Below are positions 1-9,996 of a stretch of 64,000 nt of DNA, in pieces. Under the pieces are notes generated by a model. The model made no database searches and was not told where the DNA came from. It saw only the letters and a program-made list of their open reading frames with translations. The position numbers were made by a program, and so were the translations under genes. The DNA is from a virus. The stretch is from the UHGV virus genome UHGV-0134996. One strand, 5' to 3'. Numbering within the stretch: position 1 is the first letter of the stretch; each line of letters begins with the position of its first letter.

Positions 1-116
1 GCAGATTTTACGTAGCGCAACCTTGATCAAATGATCAAGTGATCACTATTTGACCTGATAAGGTATTGAACTGTATGGATTTACAGGTAAATTAATCATG
101 TTCAATAACCCTTAAG

Positions 117-150
117 ATAACTTCGTATAATGTATGCTATACGAAGTTAT
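117..150. other. loxP: loxP site-specific recombination site (Cre target)
   Basis: Exact 34-bp ATAACTTCGTATA-ATGTATGC-TATACGAAGTTAT: two 13-bp inverted repeats around an 8-bp spacer. Confidence 0.97.
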
Positions 151-193
151 CAGGTCCGAAGAGGAGTTTACGTCCAGCTGCGCACAAAAATCA

Positions 194-210
194 AGAATTA
201 TTAGAGCAGT
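194..210 (-). promoter_or_regulatory. C1 operator-like site (ImmC Op99 cluster)
   Basis: AGAATTATTAGAGCAGT resembles reverse complement of the 17-bp C1 operator consensus ATTGCTCTAATAAATTT. Confidence 0.55.
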
Positions 211-276
211 AAATTTTGAGAGAAAAATCCCACTCCACCAGCTAAAAACTGGATTGTTTTTCATAGTTGTTTGACA

Positions 277-293
277 ATTGCTCTAATAAATTA
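277..293 (+). promoter_or_regulatory. C1 operator (ImmC Op99 cluster) upstream of coi-c1
   Basis: ATTGCTCTAATAAATTA, 16/17 match to C1 operator consensus. Confidence 0.75.
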
Positions 294-531
294 TAGTTTT
301 GCCGCCGTTACGTAATACGACTTTGGATTCACTATTTAATGTGTCTTCAGCGTTGTAGAGCGGCTCAGAAGGAAATGAGCAAACAGGGAAACCTTATACA
401 ACGGCATTACAGCTATGCATTGCTCATCTTACACACAGCGCAATGTTGTTAGATTACCCCAGCATGGATCATGGGTGAAACAGTAGGTCAGAGCTTCAGG
501 CTCTGTGTTGTCAATACAGTGAGGCATAATT

Positions 532-741
532 ATGGCTTTCATTCAACCAACCATCGACGACGTTAGACATTGCTCTAACGCTTTATCTGTAGACCCTGCC
601 GAAACCGACGCTGCCCGCGCCATTGCTGAACACTACTCAAAGATATCCAATCAGGAGTACCGCATCACCCAAGACGACCTGGATGACCTCACTGACACAA
701 TCGAATATCTCATGGCAACTAACCAGTTAGACTCACAATAA
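532..741 (+). CDS. coi: Coi, C1 inactivator
   Basis: 69-aa ORF with GAGG RBS immediately upstream of c1; size, sequence and position as P1 Coi. Confidence 0.9.
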   Translation: MAFIQPTIDDVRHCSNALSVDPAETDAARAIAEHYSKISNQEYRITQDDLDDLTDTIEYLMATNQLDSQ

Positions 742-758
742 ATGCACTAATAAATCTA
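742..758 (+). promoter_or_regulatory. operator-like / late-promoter-like motif between coi and c1
   Basis: ATGCACTAATAAATCTA, variant of the C1 operator core CTAATAAAT. Confidence 0.45.
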
Positions 759-851
759 TTATTTTTGTTTGATCCCTCTATAATATAGGTCAGTAATGAC
801 CGGTTTTCTCAGCCGGGCGTTATTGACCATGTCAATTCTGGAGGAGGATCA

Positions 852-1703
852 ATGATAAATTATGTCTACGGCGAACAACTGTACCAGGAGTTCGTCAGCT
901 TCAGGGATCTCTTTCTAAAAAAAGCTGTTGCACGCGCCCAACACGTTGATACAGCCAGCGACGGTCGTCCTGTACGCCCGGTTGTCGTTCTACCGTTCAA
1001 AGAAACTGACAGCATTCAGGCTGAAATTGATAAATGGACTTTAATGGCGCGGGAACTGGAACAGTACCCAGACCTCAATATCCCAAAGACTATTTTATAT
1101 CCAGTGCCTAACATCCTTCGCGGTGTGCGCAAGGTTACAACTTATCAGACAGAAGCTGTGAACAGCGTCAACATGACCGCTGGCCGCATTATTCATCTGA
1201 TTGATAAGGACATTCGCATCCAAAAAAGCGCGGGGATCAATGAGCACAGTGCGAAATACATAGAGAACCTGGAAGCAACAAAAGAGCTAATGAGGCAGTA
1301 CCCGGAGGATGAAAAATTCCGTATGCGCGTACACGGCTTTAGCGAAACAATGCTGCGCGTTCACTACATCTCCAGTAGTCCTAACTACAATAACGGTAAA
1401 TCAGTTAGTTACCATGTGCCGCTGTGTGGCGTGTTTATCTGCGATGAAACTCTCCGTGATGGAATCATCATCAACGGTGAATTCGAGAAAGCAAAATTTA
1501 GCCTTTATGACTCCATAGAACCGATCATCTGCGACCGCTGGCCGCAAGCAAAAATATATCGCCTGGCAGATATTGAAAATGTAAAAAAACAAATTGCCAT
1601 CACTCGTGAAGAGAAAAAGGTTAAGTCAGCCGCATCAGTTACGCGCAGCCGTAAAACCAAGAAGGGGCAGCCAGTAAACGACAACCCCGAAAGCGCGCAA
1701 TAA
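852..1703 (+). CDS. c1: C1 master repressor of lysogeny
   Basis: 283-aa ORF, GAGGAGG RBS; N-terminus MINYVYGEQLYQEF and length as P1 C1. Confidence 0.95.
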   Translation: MINYVYGEQLYQEFVSFRDLFLKKAVARAQHVDTASDGRPVRPVVVLPFKETDSIQAEIDKWTLMARELEQYPDLNIPKTILYPVPNILRGVRKVTTYQTEAVNSVNMTAGRIIHLIDKDIRIQKSAGINEHSAKYIENLEATKELMRQYPEDEKFRMRVHGFSETMLRVHYISSSPNYNNGKSVSYHVPLCGVFICDETLRDGIIINGEFEKAKFSLYDSIEPIICDRWPQAKIYRLADIENVKKQIAITREEKKVKSAASVTRSRKTKKGQPVNDNPESAQ

Positions 1704-1705
1704 AT

Positions 1706-1730
1706 TATGCCCGGCATCAACCGGGCATTC
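1706..1730. terminator. hairpin between convergent c1 and ant-like gene (bidirectional terminator candidate)
   Basis: GCCCGG-catcaa-CCGGGC stem-loop followed by T-rich run. Confidence 0.5.
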
Positions 1731-1735
1731 TTCCA

Positions 1736-2791
1736 TTATTCAGCCGCCACCGGTTTTAACAAGCCAGCATCGAGCAGTTTACGCGTCAACCACTGCTGGC
1801 CTTTACCCGTTAATTGAGGCGTCAACCGTATCTGGTAGCCATCTTCATCATCCAGCACCACTTCTTTCACCGTGAAATACCCCGCATTGATGTACTGCTG
1901 GAACGGCACATTTTTACGTCCACCGGACGCTATCAGGATGCCGTTCTCCCGTAACCAGGCAAACAGCGCGTTTTGCTTAAGTCCAACAACCTTTGCAAAA
2001 TTTCCAATCAGGATCCCCTTAGCCACTGATACCCGGTCGGCAAAATCGACTTTGGGGGCTGCGGCCACCAGCTGCTGATTTAGCTGGTGGGCTTTCTGTT
2101 CCAGAAGTTGCTTTTGTTCAGCCAGTTCGGCAGCCAGGCGCAGAGCTTCGGGCAATGTTTGGGGGATCGCTGGAGAAGCAGCGCTAACCTGCTGCAACTC
2201 CTCCAGCTTGTCGATCAGCGAACGGCGGACCGCTTTTGACTCGCGCGCGGCGACTCGCAGGGCTTGTTTGAAAGTCATGGTGATAATGTCTATGTTTGCA
2301 CCATTTTTGCGACCTACACTTTTTGTGTAGGTCTCACCTTCAAGCTCATCTACAACCTTCTCAATAAACTTATTATTTCTTACTAATGGTTCCCCACATA
2401 ACTTACGCGCCTCATTAACCATCTTTAACAGCGTCTGGCTGTCGATTGTGTCTCCGGTGTTGGGGATAGCATCCATGACCGGTGCTGGTGTGGTTGCTGT
2501 CAAAGGCTTTGTAACGACAACATCTGGTTTGCTTGCTTTCATTCTGTGTGCCTCCTTGCGTGTTTCGGCTGCGACGGTTGCGTAATTCAGATGCCCCTGT
2601 TCGAGCAGGTATTCGCGGATATCAGACAACAGAATGCGGTGAACAGCGTTCTTGTCCTTTCTCCGGTAAAGTTGTTTGGTGATCATGAAGTAGTTGGCAA
2701 TAACACCCGGTATATCCCTGGTACTGATACAGGATGTGTGCTGTTCAATTGCCTCAATCATTTCTTCACGGGTGACTAATGACGTTCTCAT
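1736..2791 (-). CDS. antirepressor, Ant-like with KilA-C type C-terminal domain (second copy in window)
   Basis: 351 aa; C-terminal half near-identical to the ant at 53270-54310 and related to KilA C-terminus; ATG start overlaps upstream icd-like stop (ATGA). Confidence 0.75.
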   Translation of the reverse strand: MRTSLVTREEMIEAIEQHTSCISTRDIPGVIANYFMITKQLYRRKDKNAVHRILLSDIREYLLEQGHLNYATVAAETRKEAHRMKASKPDVVVTKPLTATTPAPVMDAIPNTGDTIDSQTLLKMVNEARKLCGEPLVRNNKFIEKVVDELEGETYTKSVGRKNGANIDIITMTFKQALRVAARESKAVRRSLIDKLEELQQVSAASPAIPQTLPEALRLAAELAEQKQLLEQKAHQLNQQLVAAAPKVDFADRVSVAKGILIGNFAKVVGLKQNALFAWLRENGILIASGGRKNVPFQQYINAGYFTVKEVVLDDEDGYQIRLTPQLTGKGQQWLTRKLLDAGLLKPVAAE

Positions 2792-3009
2792 CGTCCCTCC
2801 TGAGCAGAAGTGTTAACAGGGAGGCACCAGTAACTGAGAGAATTGCGCGAGTTAGTTGAAAAACGGGCAGTAAAAATGCAGGGGCCATCAGGCAATTGAG
2901 AGCGTGCCTCATCTTCTGTCGGTGCAATAACGAAGTGATAGTGACGTTTTTGGCAGGAGTAAAAGCGCCAGATAAATTCAGGATGAGTTGGGGTAGGGAT
3001 AGTAGCCAT
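2788..3009 (-). CDS. Icd-like small protein, translationally coupled to ant-like gene
   Basis: 73 aa from internal ATG with AAGGAGG RBS; paralog of the 73-aa icd at 54307-54528 (PEFIWRFYSC...DGPCIFTARFS). Confidence 0.6.
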   Translation of the reverse strand: MATIPTPTHPEFIWRFYSCQKRHYHFVIAPTEDEARSQLPDGPCIFTARFSTNSRNSLSYWCLPVNTSAQEGR

Positions 3010-3329
3010 ATTGGCAGCCTCCTTAGACGTTGGTATGTAACCACCGCAGAAGAGACCAATCTTGCTGGCGGTGGACTGTACGGAGTTGGCCTTACTGGCG
3101 TCCAAGGTAACCAGCCTACCCGAAGGTAGCCCCATACAGCCCACCATTGTAGAGGTGTGCGTGTACGCCGATACAAAAAAAAGACGCGAGCGGCGTCTGT
3201 ATCGCCTTAGACTTAAGCGGGAGGCCAATCCCGGCACCCGTTTTAATGAGGTGCCTGATAAGCATAAACCGAAAATGCCTCAAGGCGCAAGAGGTCAGGT
3301 TCAATGTAACATCGGCAGTCAAAAAACAC

Positions 3330-3346
3330 AATTTATTAGAGCAAAT
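3330..3346 (-). promoter_or_regulatory. C1 operator upstream of the icd/ant-like module
   Basis: AATTTATTAGAGCAAAT, 16/17 match to reverse complement of operator consensus. Confidence 0.7.
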
Positions 3347-3348
3347 AT

Positions 3349-4833
3349 TTATTCGTTAAGCCATGCAAGAGCTTCATCAACCTGCGCTTCGTCTTCGACG
3401 CTAAGCACTTCATCCTGGGGAACATAATCCGCCAGCATAGCGAAACAATATGTATCCCAATGGTCTGGTGAGTGCAGGTTGAGTTTTTTCTTCATATCCT
3501 CCTTACTCATCACCTTCCATTGACCTGCGGAGTTAATCCCTACAGGGATTTTCGACGCTTCCTCAATAGTTTCATTACCCTTATCCAGTCTCATACGACC
3601 AGATTTTACTGCCTCTGCGGCTTGAACGTTGGCATAAGCACGTTTATCAAAGTACAGGCTCTTATCTTCACGGCTATGCATCTTTTTACCCCAGCGTATA
3701 CGCTGTACGGTAATACCATAATGCTCGTACATCAGATCCGCCGTTGCTTTACCCAGGCCATCGCCGTCTATCGCTATGGTGATATTTGGGAATCGCTCAG
3801 GATTGCATTCTGCGAAAATTTTGGCGGCAAGCTGCGTTTCTGTAACGTCTGTGTATTCCAGCATTCGATAGTTGATTACACGGCGTTTATTTCGCTGGCC
3901 GGACACCATCATGATATTGATAACGGACTTATCCCGTCCCGTACCACCAGCAACGTCCACACATGCAAGCCAGCCCCATCCTTTTGCAATCTTGACTTTC
4001 CGCCGCGTTGCACGTTCAACCTCATCACGCCCAAGAAGGAAGCCATCCTGTGATTTAGGGAATAGGCCGCGTACCTTAATCATGTACATAGGGTTATCAC
4101 GCCCGCCGTACTCCGCCAGCTTCATTTTGATAAATGCTGGCGTTACCAGCGGTGATTCCTCACTGTTAAGCGTGATCGCCGTATAAACGCCATCTGGGTT
4201 ACCAGGACGCTTGGCCAGTTTATGGTGAGTATCGTAGAAATAGCCGCTTGGGCGTGTAGGCTGTGACAGTAATAAGATGCGGTTATCCTGTCCGGTAAGA
4301 GCACCGGTGATGATACCGAAAGCTCTATCACTGACACCGGAGGCTTCATCGATAATATACAGAAGATGATCTGCGTGTTCACCGGCGAGAGCTTCTTCAC
4401 TTCCCAGACGAAAGCCCTTCGGTACTACAGTCCATACACCTTTACCAGTAACCTCATAGAAAGCGGTTTCTGTCAGAACAAAATAATCAGCAAGCCATGG
4501 AAAACGGCTGGTGGCAGTAGCCCAGTTTATCTTGATGTACTTGAATATACCGGTCATTACCTGCTGAATTTTGTTCGCAACGATAATGGCGCGGGCACCG
4601 GGATACATGATTATGAACAACATGATCATGATAGAAGTCATGTCTGATTTCCCGGTACCGTGACCAGACGAAACAGATGTCTTGCTACCCTGTTCCTGCA
4701 CAGACTCAATAATCAGATCCTGCTGCCAGGTAGGTGTTTTGCCGAATAAAACATCAGCGGCCGCAATCCAGTCATAACGATATAGCGCCACCAGCTCGCG
4801 CCAACGTGGATCCGTTACGCAACTTCTGGCCAT
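3349..4833 (-). CDS. pacB: PacB, terminase large subunit
   Basis: 494 aa; ATP-binding motif region; start overlaps pacA stop (TAATG); position as in P1 pac operon. Confidence 0.85.
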   Translation of the reverse strand: MARSCVTDPRWRELVALYRYDWIAAADVLFGKTPTWQQDLIIESVQEQGSKTSVSSGHGTGKSDMTSIMIMLFIIMYPGARAIIVANKIQQVMTGIFKYIKINWATATSRFPWLADYFVLTETAFYEVTGKGVWTVVPKGFRLGSEEALAGEHADHLLYIIDEASGVSDRAFGIITGALTGQDNRILLLSQPTRPSGYFYDTHHKLAKRPGNPDGVYTAITLNSEESPLVTPAFIKMKLAEYGGRDNPMYMIKVRGLFPKSQDGFLLGRDEVERATRRKVKIAKGWGWLACVDVAGGTGRDKSVINIMMVSGQRNKRRVINYRMLEYTDVTETQLAAKIFAECNPERFPNITIAIDGDGLGKATADLMYEHYGITVQRIRWGKKMHSREDKSLYFDKRAYANVQAAEAVKSGRMRLDKGNETIEEASKIPVGINSAGQWKVMSKEDMKKKLNLHSPDHWDTYCFAMLADYVPQDEVLSVEDEAQVDEALAWLNE

Positions 4834-6026
4834 TAATCATCATCCCCGTATAGCTTGCGGGTAACTTCTTCGTCTTCCTCCTCGTCTTCGTCCAGGTCTT
4901 GTTCCAGCCATGGGTCGTTTGATACACCTTCAGTATCAACATCTCCATAACCGCCTGTATCAACGATATCGGCGATTTCTTCCCTACGCTGCTCAATCCA
5001 CAATGCGGCATCGGCGCGGCGGTTGGCGGCCCGTTCTCGCGCAACTTTGTCCAGATCGTCAAGAGAAGGGCCACCGACGGCTGTTTGCCTTTCCTCATCA
5101 TCGGTATTGGTCTTAGGAGCACGCAGATCGGCTTTGATTTGCTCCAGCATCAGGGGCGGCACTTTCCCGCCATGCGCCTCGATGAATTCAGCTGCTTCCA
5201 GCACTGACCAGTTATTTTCACGCTTTCGTTCGTATGCCAGCTTAACAATGCCAGCTTGCCCCATAGATAAAGCGTGCTTTTCCGCCTCCCGGCTTTCTTT
5301 TCGATAGTTATTCCGGATGCTGTAAATGGTGTTGATCAGGCTGCTTATCTGCGCGGAACAGCTGTTTAGCATGCTCGCGATACGATATTCAGGCGGAGTC
5401 CCTTCACCATCGTCTTTTTGCTGATCGCGCATTTCCTGCACCAGACGAATACACGTATCCCTGGCGTTCTCCAGCATAAGGAGATGAGAAAGAGACTTTT
5501 CAAGAAGAGTGGTTTCCAGAACATCGGCCCCGGACCGACGCAACATAGCGCGCGCGGCCTTCCGCGCTTCAACGTTATCTATCAGGTAATCGTCAGCTTC
5601 GAATTCAAAGCGTTCACCATCATCATCCAGGGTGTCGCGTTCCAGGCGATCACGTAAGGTCCGGTGGGCGCGGGTGATCACGTCATGATCATCAGAACGA
5701 TCATTTATGCGCTTATTCTGGCGCTTCGCGTTCTCGACTGCGGCACTGACAACAGCATTAACTCTTTGTTTTTCAGCCATTTCAGCCACAATGTGATCAC
5801 CTGCATGTTGATCATTAGCGTGATCAATGATCATGCTTTTTAGTGGTTTTCTGACAGGCTTATTTGGCTTACGGCTGTCCGCTGTTCCGGTGTCTTCTTT
5901 GAATGCACGGAGATAACGACGTGCGGTGTTTGGGTTGAGATTAAACTCGGCGGCATATTGTGCGATGGTGTAACCACCATCTCGCGCCAGGCGAGCAAAA
6001 TTCTTCTTGTGATCGTCCCAGGTCAC
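4833..6026 (-). CDS. pacA: PacA, terminase small subunit (pac recognition)
   Basis: 397 aa, N-terminus [20 protein letters not shown], acidic C-terminus; contains the pac GATC clusters; GTG start with AAGGAAG RBS. Confidence 0.85.
   Translation of the reverse strand: MTWDDHKKNFARLARDGGYTIAQYAAEFNLNPNTARRYLRAFKEDTGTADSRKPNKPVRKPLKSMIIDHANDQHAGDHIVAEMAEKQRVNAVVSAAVENAKRQNKRINDRSDDHDVITRAHRTLRDRLERDTLDDDGERFEFEADDYLIDNVEARKAARAMLRRSGADVLETTLLEKSLSHLLMLENARDTCIRLVQEMRDQQKDDGEGTPPEYRIASMLNSCSAQISSLINTIYSIRNNYRKESREAEKHALSMGQAGIVKLAYERKRENNWSVLEAAEFIEAHGGKVPPLMLEQIKADLRAPKTNTDDEERQTAVGGPSLDDLDKVARERAANRRADAALWIEQRREEIADIVDTGGYGDVDTEGVSNDPWLEQDLDEDEEEDEEVTRKLYGDDD
5645..5835. other. pac: pac packaging site inside pacA
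   Basis: Two clusters of TGATCA/GATC hexamers (about 5648-5703 and 5792-5833) about 90 bp apart, the P1 pac architecture. Confidence 0.75.
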
Positions 6027-6112
6027 TTATGCTTCCTTTCGTATAAAACTCTTTTTGACGCGAGGGTAACGAAAGTCACATGTCAAAAGGCCCGGAACGG
6101 GCAAGCAATCAA

Positions 6113-6565
6113 TCAGATACGTGCGGATGTGGCATTACCGTAATGACGGTGCTGACGGACCACCTTATTGAAAAGTTGACGCGCCATCACCCAAGGCTGG
6201 TGCTCCCGGCGTTCCTTTTCGTCCTGCGTCATATAGAGTTCGTTCTGGAGTTTTTCATCAAACCGGCGCGGAGCGCGGCTGCGGCGAAAGAATTCAGGAT
6301 TCAGAGAGTGGATCTGAAATCTACGTGGGCGTGTACTGTCATCAATCAAAACAGACGAATACTTAGACACAGCGATAGCCTTTAAGCGCAGATAAACATC
6401 GCGCTTATCGACATCCAGATGCGGGTATTCCTTTTCAAGAATTGCTGCGAGTTCTTTCGCTGATAGAAGAGATTTAGTGCGGATCATGTAATCCGCAATC
6501 TCGTACGATGTTATTCGTGAGTGATTTATTTCCATGAAGTGGCGTCCCTGCCAGTTAAGTAACAT
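6113..6565 (-). CDS. lpa: Lpa, late promoter activator
   Basis: 150-aa ORF directly upstream of pacA, P1 position of lpa (gene 10). Confidence 0.7.
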   Translation of the reverse strand: MLLNWQGRHFMEINHSRITSYEIADYMIRTKSLLSAKELAAILEKEYPHLDVDKRDVYLRLKAIAVSKYSSVLIDDSTRPRRFQIHSLNPEFFRRSRAPRRFDEKLQNELYMTQDEKERREHQPWVMARQLFNKVVRQHRHYGNATSARI

Positions 6566-6637
6566 CCTGTCACCTACTGATTAGCCCATGTCAACTAATC
6601 AACGTGGAATATAATACCCTCGATTAAAGAAATAGCA

Positions 6638-6654
6638 ATACATTAGAGCAATTT
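6638..6654 (-). promoter_or_regulatory. C1 operator-like site upstream of lpa
   Basis: ATACATTAGAGCAATTT, partial match (ATTAGAGCAAT core). Confidence 0.45.
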
Positions 6655-7697
6655 TATCTAACGCTCGACGAGTGACTTGTGATAGCGCCGACTCCAAGCG
6701 CGTAATCAAAGAACAATCGTTGATGCATCGCCAGCCTACCGTGCGTCTTCTCCCAATTATCGCGGTCACGCTCAATATCACGCTGGCATGACTGGCACAG
6801 AGGAATAGCATAAATGTCATGCGCGCATAATCGACTATGACGAACGATATAAGGCGTAATGTGAGCGCCAGCTCCCGCAGCTCCACAGCCACAGCATGGA
6901 CGGGAAGCCACAAAGTCCATGTACTCGGGCAATTTTAGCGATTGAAGTTTTGGTATTTTGAAATGCGCCATACCTGGGTCGGAGTCAACATCCACAGGGC
7001 ATACTTTTGCACGCATCGGCGCGGCGCGTTCTTCCATCATCTGAACATATGCTGTAGCGCGATCGTCATACGGGCGAATATCCGCCTCTTTCAGAGGTCC
7101 GCTATCCTGCGGAGTAGCCTTCATCTTATTTATTGATATGCGGCAGACTTCTTCCGGCATCAGGTGCATCATGTTGCGCATGAAAGCCCACCAGCACAGC
7201 TCCTGAATACTTAAATCATGGCTATTTGAAAGGCCCATTTCCTGACGGGCGACATCCAGTATCCAGTTAACGCGATTATTGTGCAGCGTTTCTTTCAGCT
7301 CATTAAAACCACGCATCCGGTAATGGTTATCGTGATGCCAGCACAACAACACCGCGCTATTGTCTCGTTCAGCGTGGACAATATGGTTGTCACACCAACT
7401 ACGATCTGCGGCCTGGCATTGACCCTCTTTCCTACGCAACCACGCCACCAGCGCGTCAATTCCACCAATACGGCGAAACAGTTCATCGCTGTTAAAAAAC
7501 GGCTGCAACGCCTCATTTGTTGCCATGGTTTGCTCGGTAACAACGAGGCCGTCTTCCATGTGCTCGATTAACTCACGCGGCACCGGCTCCATAATAAATT
7601 TACGGCCAGCCTCCACCAGCTTTCTGACCTCCTGATCCACTTTGAACGTGGCGACGCCAAGCTCTTTTTGTACAAAGGGAGTAATTACGGCTTTCAC
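6654..7697 (-). CDS. hypothetical protein with C-terminal cysteine cluster (P1 pdcB position)
   Basis: 347-aa ORF; CCGCG...C..C-x2-C cluster suggests metal binding; sits between doc and lpa. Confidence 0.55.
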   Translation of the reverse strand: MKAVITPFVQKELGVATFKVDQEVRKLVEAGRKFIMEPVPRELIEHMEDGLVVTEQTMATNEALQPFFNSDELFRRIGGIDALVAWLRRKEGQCQAADRSWCDNHIVHAERDNSAVLLCWHHDNHYRMRGFNELKETLHNNRVNWILDVARQEMGLSNSHDLSIQELCWWAFMRNMMHLMPEEVCRISINKMKATPQDSGPLKEADIRPYDDRATAYVQMMEERAAPMRAKVCPVDVDSDPGMAHFKIPKLQSLKLPEYMDFVASRPCCGCGAAGAGAHITPYIVRHSRLCAHDIYAIPLCQSCQRDIERDRDNWEKTHGRLAMHQRLFFDYALGVGAITSHSSSVR

Positions 7698-7724
7698 ATC
7701 ACACCTTTCATCACTGATTGGGCT

Positions 7725-7925
7725 TTATCTGCTGCCCGGCATTCTCTGTTTAAGCACAACCATTTCCTGACGGCATAACACAGCAATAGCGGTCCTGGCA
7801 CCAATTTGCTTACCAACCAGGTATTGCTTTACCTCGCGGCGACTCACGCCATCAAGAAGCATCTTTAACGCTTCACGGGACAATTTGTTGTATTTACGTG
7901 CCATTAATCTACTCCGCGGAACCAT
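7725..7925 (-). CDS. small basic hypothetical protein (P1 pdcA position)
   Basis: 66-aa ORF downstream of doc, overlaps doc 3' end by 17 nt. Confidence 0.35.
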   Translation of the reverse strand: MVPRSRLMARKYNKLSREALKMLLDGVSRREVKQYLVGKQIGARTAIAVLCRQEMVVLKQRMPGSR

Positions 7926-8289
7926 ACAATCTACGTAACGTGTCGGCGACAGAAGATACAGATATCTCTCCTGTCGCAGCCCCTACGGTAAGGTCTGCCA
8001 GTTCAGGTGAATCAAATACCTGCACCCCGTTACGGCGTAGAAATAACAGCGCACTGTTTAGCGCGGTACGCTTATTGGCATCATTGAATATATGCCCTCT
8101 CGCTGTAGCCACCAGGTAGGTGGCGGAGACTTCGAAAAGGTCGGTGATCTCTTCGTAGGCAACTCTGGCCTGAACTCTCCCGATAATGGCCTCTGCCCTA
8201 CCCGGATCTGACATTCCCGGCAGGCCGCCGTAGCGGTTTATATTCGCATCATGAAGCGCAATAAGTTCTTCCGGTGATATATGCCTCAT
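7909..8289 (-). CDS. doc: Doc toxin (Fic-fold kinase) of phd-doc addiction module
   Basis: 126 aa; start overlaps phd stop (TAATG); sequence and size as P1 Doc. Confidence 0.92.
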   Translation of the reverse strand: MRHISPEELIALHDANINRYGGLPGMSDPGRAEAIIGRVQARVAYEEITDLFEVSATYLVATARGHIFNDANKRTALNSALLFLRRNGVQVFDSPELADLTVGAATGEISVSSVADTLRRLYGSAE

Positions 8290-8510
8290 TATCGGTTAAC
8301 CAGTTCCTTGTTGGTGGAGTCCAGGGTGTCAAACAGGGATGCAAATTCAGCATCCAGCGCCGCTTTTTTGTAGGCTTCGAAAGTAGCCTTGCTGACAATT
8401 ACTGCTGGCTCACGGCCTCTGCGGGTGATTTCAACCTCTTCCCCGGCTTCAACATTGTTGAGCACTTCAGAAAGGTTGCCGCGCGCGGTACGGAAGTTAA
8501 TGGATTGCAT
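8289..8510 (-). CDS. phd: Phd antitoxin
   Basis: 73 aa [39 protein letters not shown]... as P1 Phd. Confidence 0.92.
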   Translation of the reverse strand: MQSINFRTARGNLSEVLNNVEAGEEVEITRRGREPAVIVSKATFEAYKKAALDAEFASLFDTLDSTNKELVNR

Positions 8511-8582
8511 AAACACCTCATGTACTCGTTATGTGTACACAATTATAAACCTCACAGGCATAAAGCACCAGCACTTTGCAGC

Positions 8583-8972
8583 TTAAATAACCGGACAATC
8601 ATCAAATTCCCCACTTCGGGCATCATTGATGACATGAGTGATCACACCAAAAACAGCATTACTGCCCGTGTATCCATCGTCATCTACTGGTAACGCCTCT
8701 TTCTTCCCGGTGCTTAAGTCCTCCAGGTGCTGGCGCGGATACTTCCTGTATCTCTTTATGCGATATTCACCCTCCATAGCGCACACAAGCAGAGAACCAT
8801 CAACCGGAGTAAGCGAGGAATCAACCACCAGCAAAGCACCCTGCAATATTCCCTCACGGTGATGGCTATCAGCTGCCCGCATGAAGTAGGTCGCTGAAGG
8901 ATGTCTAATTATCTGCTGATCAAGAGAAATTCGGCTTTCAACATAATCCGCCGCAGGAGAAGGGAAGCCCAT
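8583..8972 (-). CDS. humD: HumD, UmuD-prime-like S24 peptidase-fold protein
   Basis: 129 aa with UmuD/LexA C-terminal domain similarity; SOS box just upstream. Confidence 0.8.
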   Translation of the reverse strand: MGFPSPAADYVESRISLDQQIIRHPSATYFMRAADSHHREGILQGALLVVDSSLTPVDGSLLVCAMEGEYRIKRYRKYPRQHLEDLSTGKKEALPVDDDGYTGSNAVFGVITHVINDARSGEFDDCPVI

Positions 8973-8990
8973 AGCGTTTTACCTCAATGA

Positions 8991-9010
8991 TACTGTTTAT
9001 TCATACAGTA
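8991..9010. promoter_or_regulatory. LexA box (SOS operator) upstream of humD
   Basis: TACTGTTTATTCATACAGTA contains CTGT-N8-ACAG palindrome 20 bp upstream of humD start. Confidence 0.8.
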
Positions 9011-9095
9011 TACATTGAAAAGGCATAGTTTGTGAAAGCGGGGTTTGTAGGCGCGCCACGCTGGGGGCTAATCACATTTCTCCCCCATCTTGCCG

Positions 9096-9347
9096 TTATT
9101 TTTTTGGTGCATCCTCGTTCTGATACACCGGATCGCTCCCTTTTGGCAACTGGAGGCTTAACTGCCGGTAGTGCCGTAGCCGTTCCATGAAATAGGCGCG
9201 CAGGTTTTCCGGTTGCTCACGGGCCACCTGCTCTGCAATCACAGGTATATTCAGCCGTTCTTTGTAAGCAACGCCGCTGGCGGCAAGGTCTACGTTCACC
9301 TTGTCTCGCTCTTCCTGGCTTTTAGCTGCTATATTTCGATCTGACAC
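9096..9347 (-). CDS. hot: Hot, homolog of DNA polymerase III theta subunit (HolE)
   Basis: 83 aa; [33 protein letters not shown] matches HolE family; GTG start with GGAGG RBS. Confidence 0.8.
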   Translation of the reverse strand: MSDRNIAAKSQEERDKVNVDLAASGVAYKERLNIPVIAEQVAREQPENLRAYFMERLRHYRQLSLQLPKGSDPVYQNEDAPKK

Positions 9348-9379
9348 AAGAAACCTCCAGGAGTTAGTGGATCAGGCAC

Positions 9380-9730
9380 ATGCACAATAACGTTCTCAAT
9401 GTTAGCCGTTCAATTCAGACAATCAGAGACTGCACCAGTGTGGTGGCATCAATCCCGTTGCGGAACAGCATAGACGAACTGCAAATTCGTGTATTGAATC
9501 CGAATCAGGCTAATAAGCAATTGCGCTTTATTTTGACGCTGAAAAGTGAAACAGAGGGGATAAAGCACAGAGTAAAAGTGTTTTCTGAGGCCATTCTGCT
9601 TAATGGGAAGCTCCGGCATCTGGTAAGGCCAGAACGTCAATATCCTGACGTCCTGGCGCGTGAAAAAGACCTTCTTTCTGAAGTTCAGGATAGGGTGATC
9701 GATTTCGTCAAATGCTATCCCCTGCATTGA
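9380..9730 (+). CDS. hypothetical protein (only plus-strand ORF in this block)
   Basis: 116-aa ORF, opposite to neighbours; no strong RBS seen. Confidence 0.3.
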   Translation: MHNNVLNVSRSIQTIRDCTSVVASIPLRNSIDELQIRVLNPNQANKQLRFILTLKSETEGIKHRVKVFSEAILLNGKLRHLVRPERQYPDVLAREKDLLSEVQDRVIDFVKCYPLH

Positions 9731-9996
9731 GGGCAGGTGTTCCCTTCCGCAAAGTAGGGAAAATTGCTATCAAGTTCATCACACCATCTGCGATGGTCGT
9801 AGCACCAAAACGCCTCCCACGGTGCACGGAAATACTTCATCCACCAGGACACTCGATCAGGTATATCTGCTGGTGGCAGTTCTTCTGGCAATAATTTGCC
9901 TGATAATTCCCTTTCCGCCCGCGACAGCATTTTTTTGAGGCTCGCGTTCTCTTTTTCAAGCTCATCTACGCGCACCTGTAATTCAGCTTTCGTTGG
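9715..9996 (-). CDS. hypothetical coiled-coil protein
   Basis: ORF from internal ATG (MPTKAELQVRVDELEKENASLKK...), 14-nt overlap with upstream gene. Confidence 0.45.
   Translation of the reverse strand, partial: PTKAELQVRVDELEKENASLKKMLSRAERELSGKLLPEELPPADIPDRVSWWMKYFRAPWEAFWCYDHRRWCDELDSNFPYFAEGNTCPQCRG

Noticed and set aside
150-531. Tiny ORFs between loxP and coi (imcA/imcB-like)
   Set aside because: Too short (under 30 aa) and I cannot match them to known sequences from memory; region annotated only through its C1 operators.
3472-4053. Long plus-strand ORFs antisense to pacB/pacA (for example 3472-4053, 3872-4186, 4910-5116)
   Set aside because: Shadow ORFs inside well-supported minus-strand genes; no RBS or coding signal of their own.
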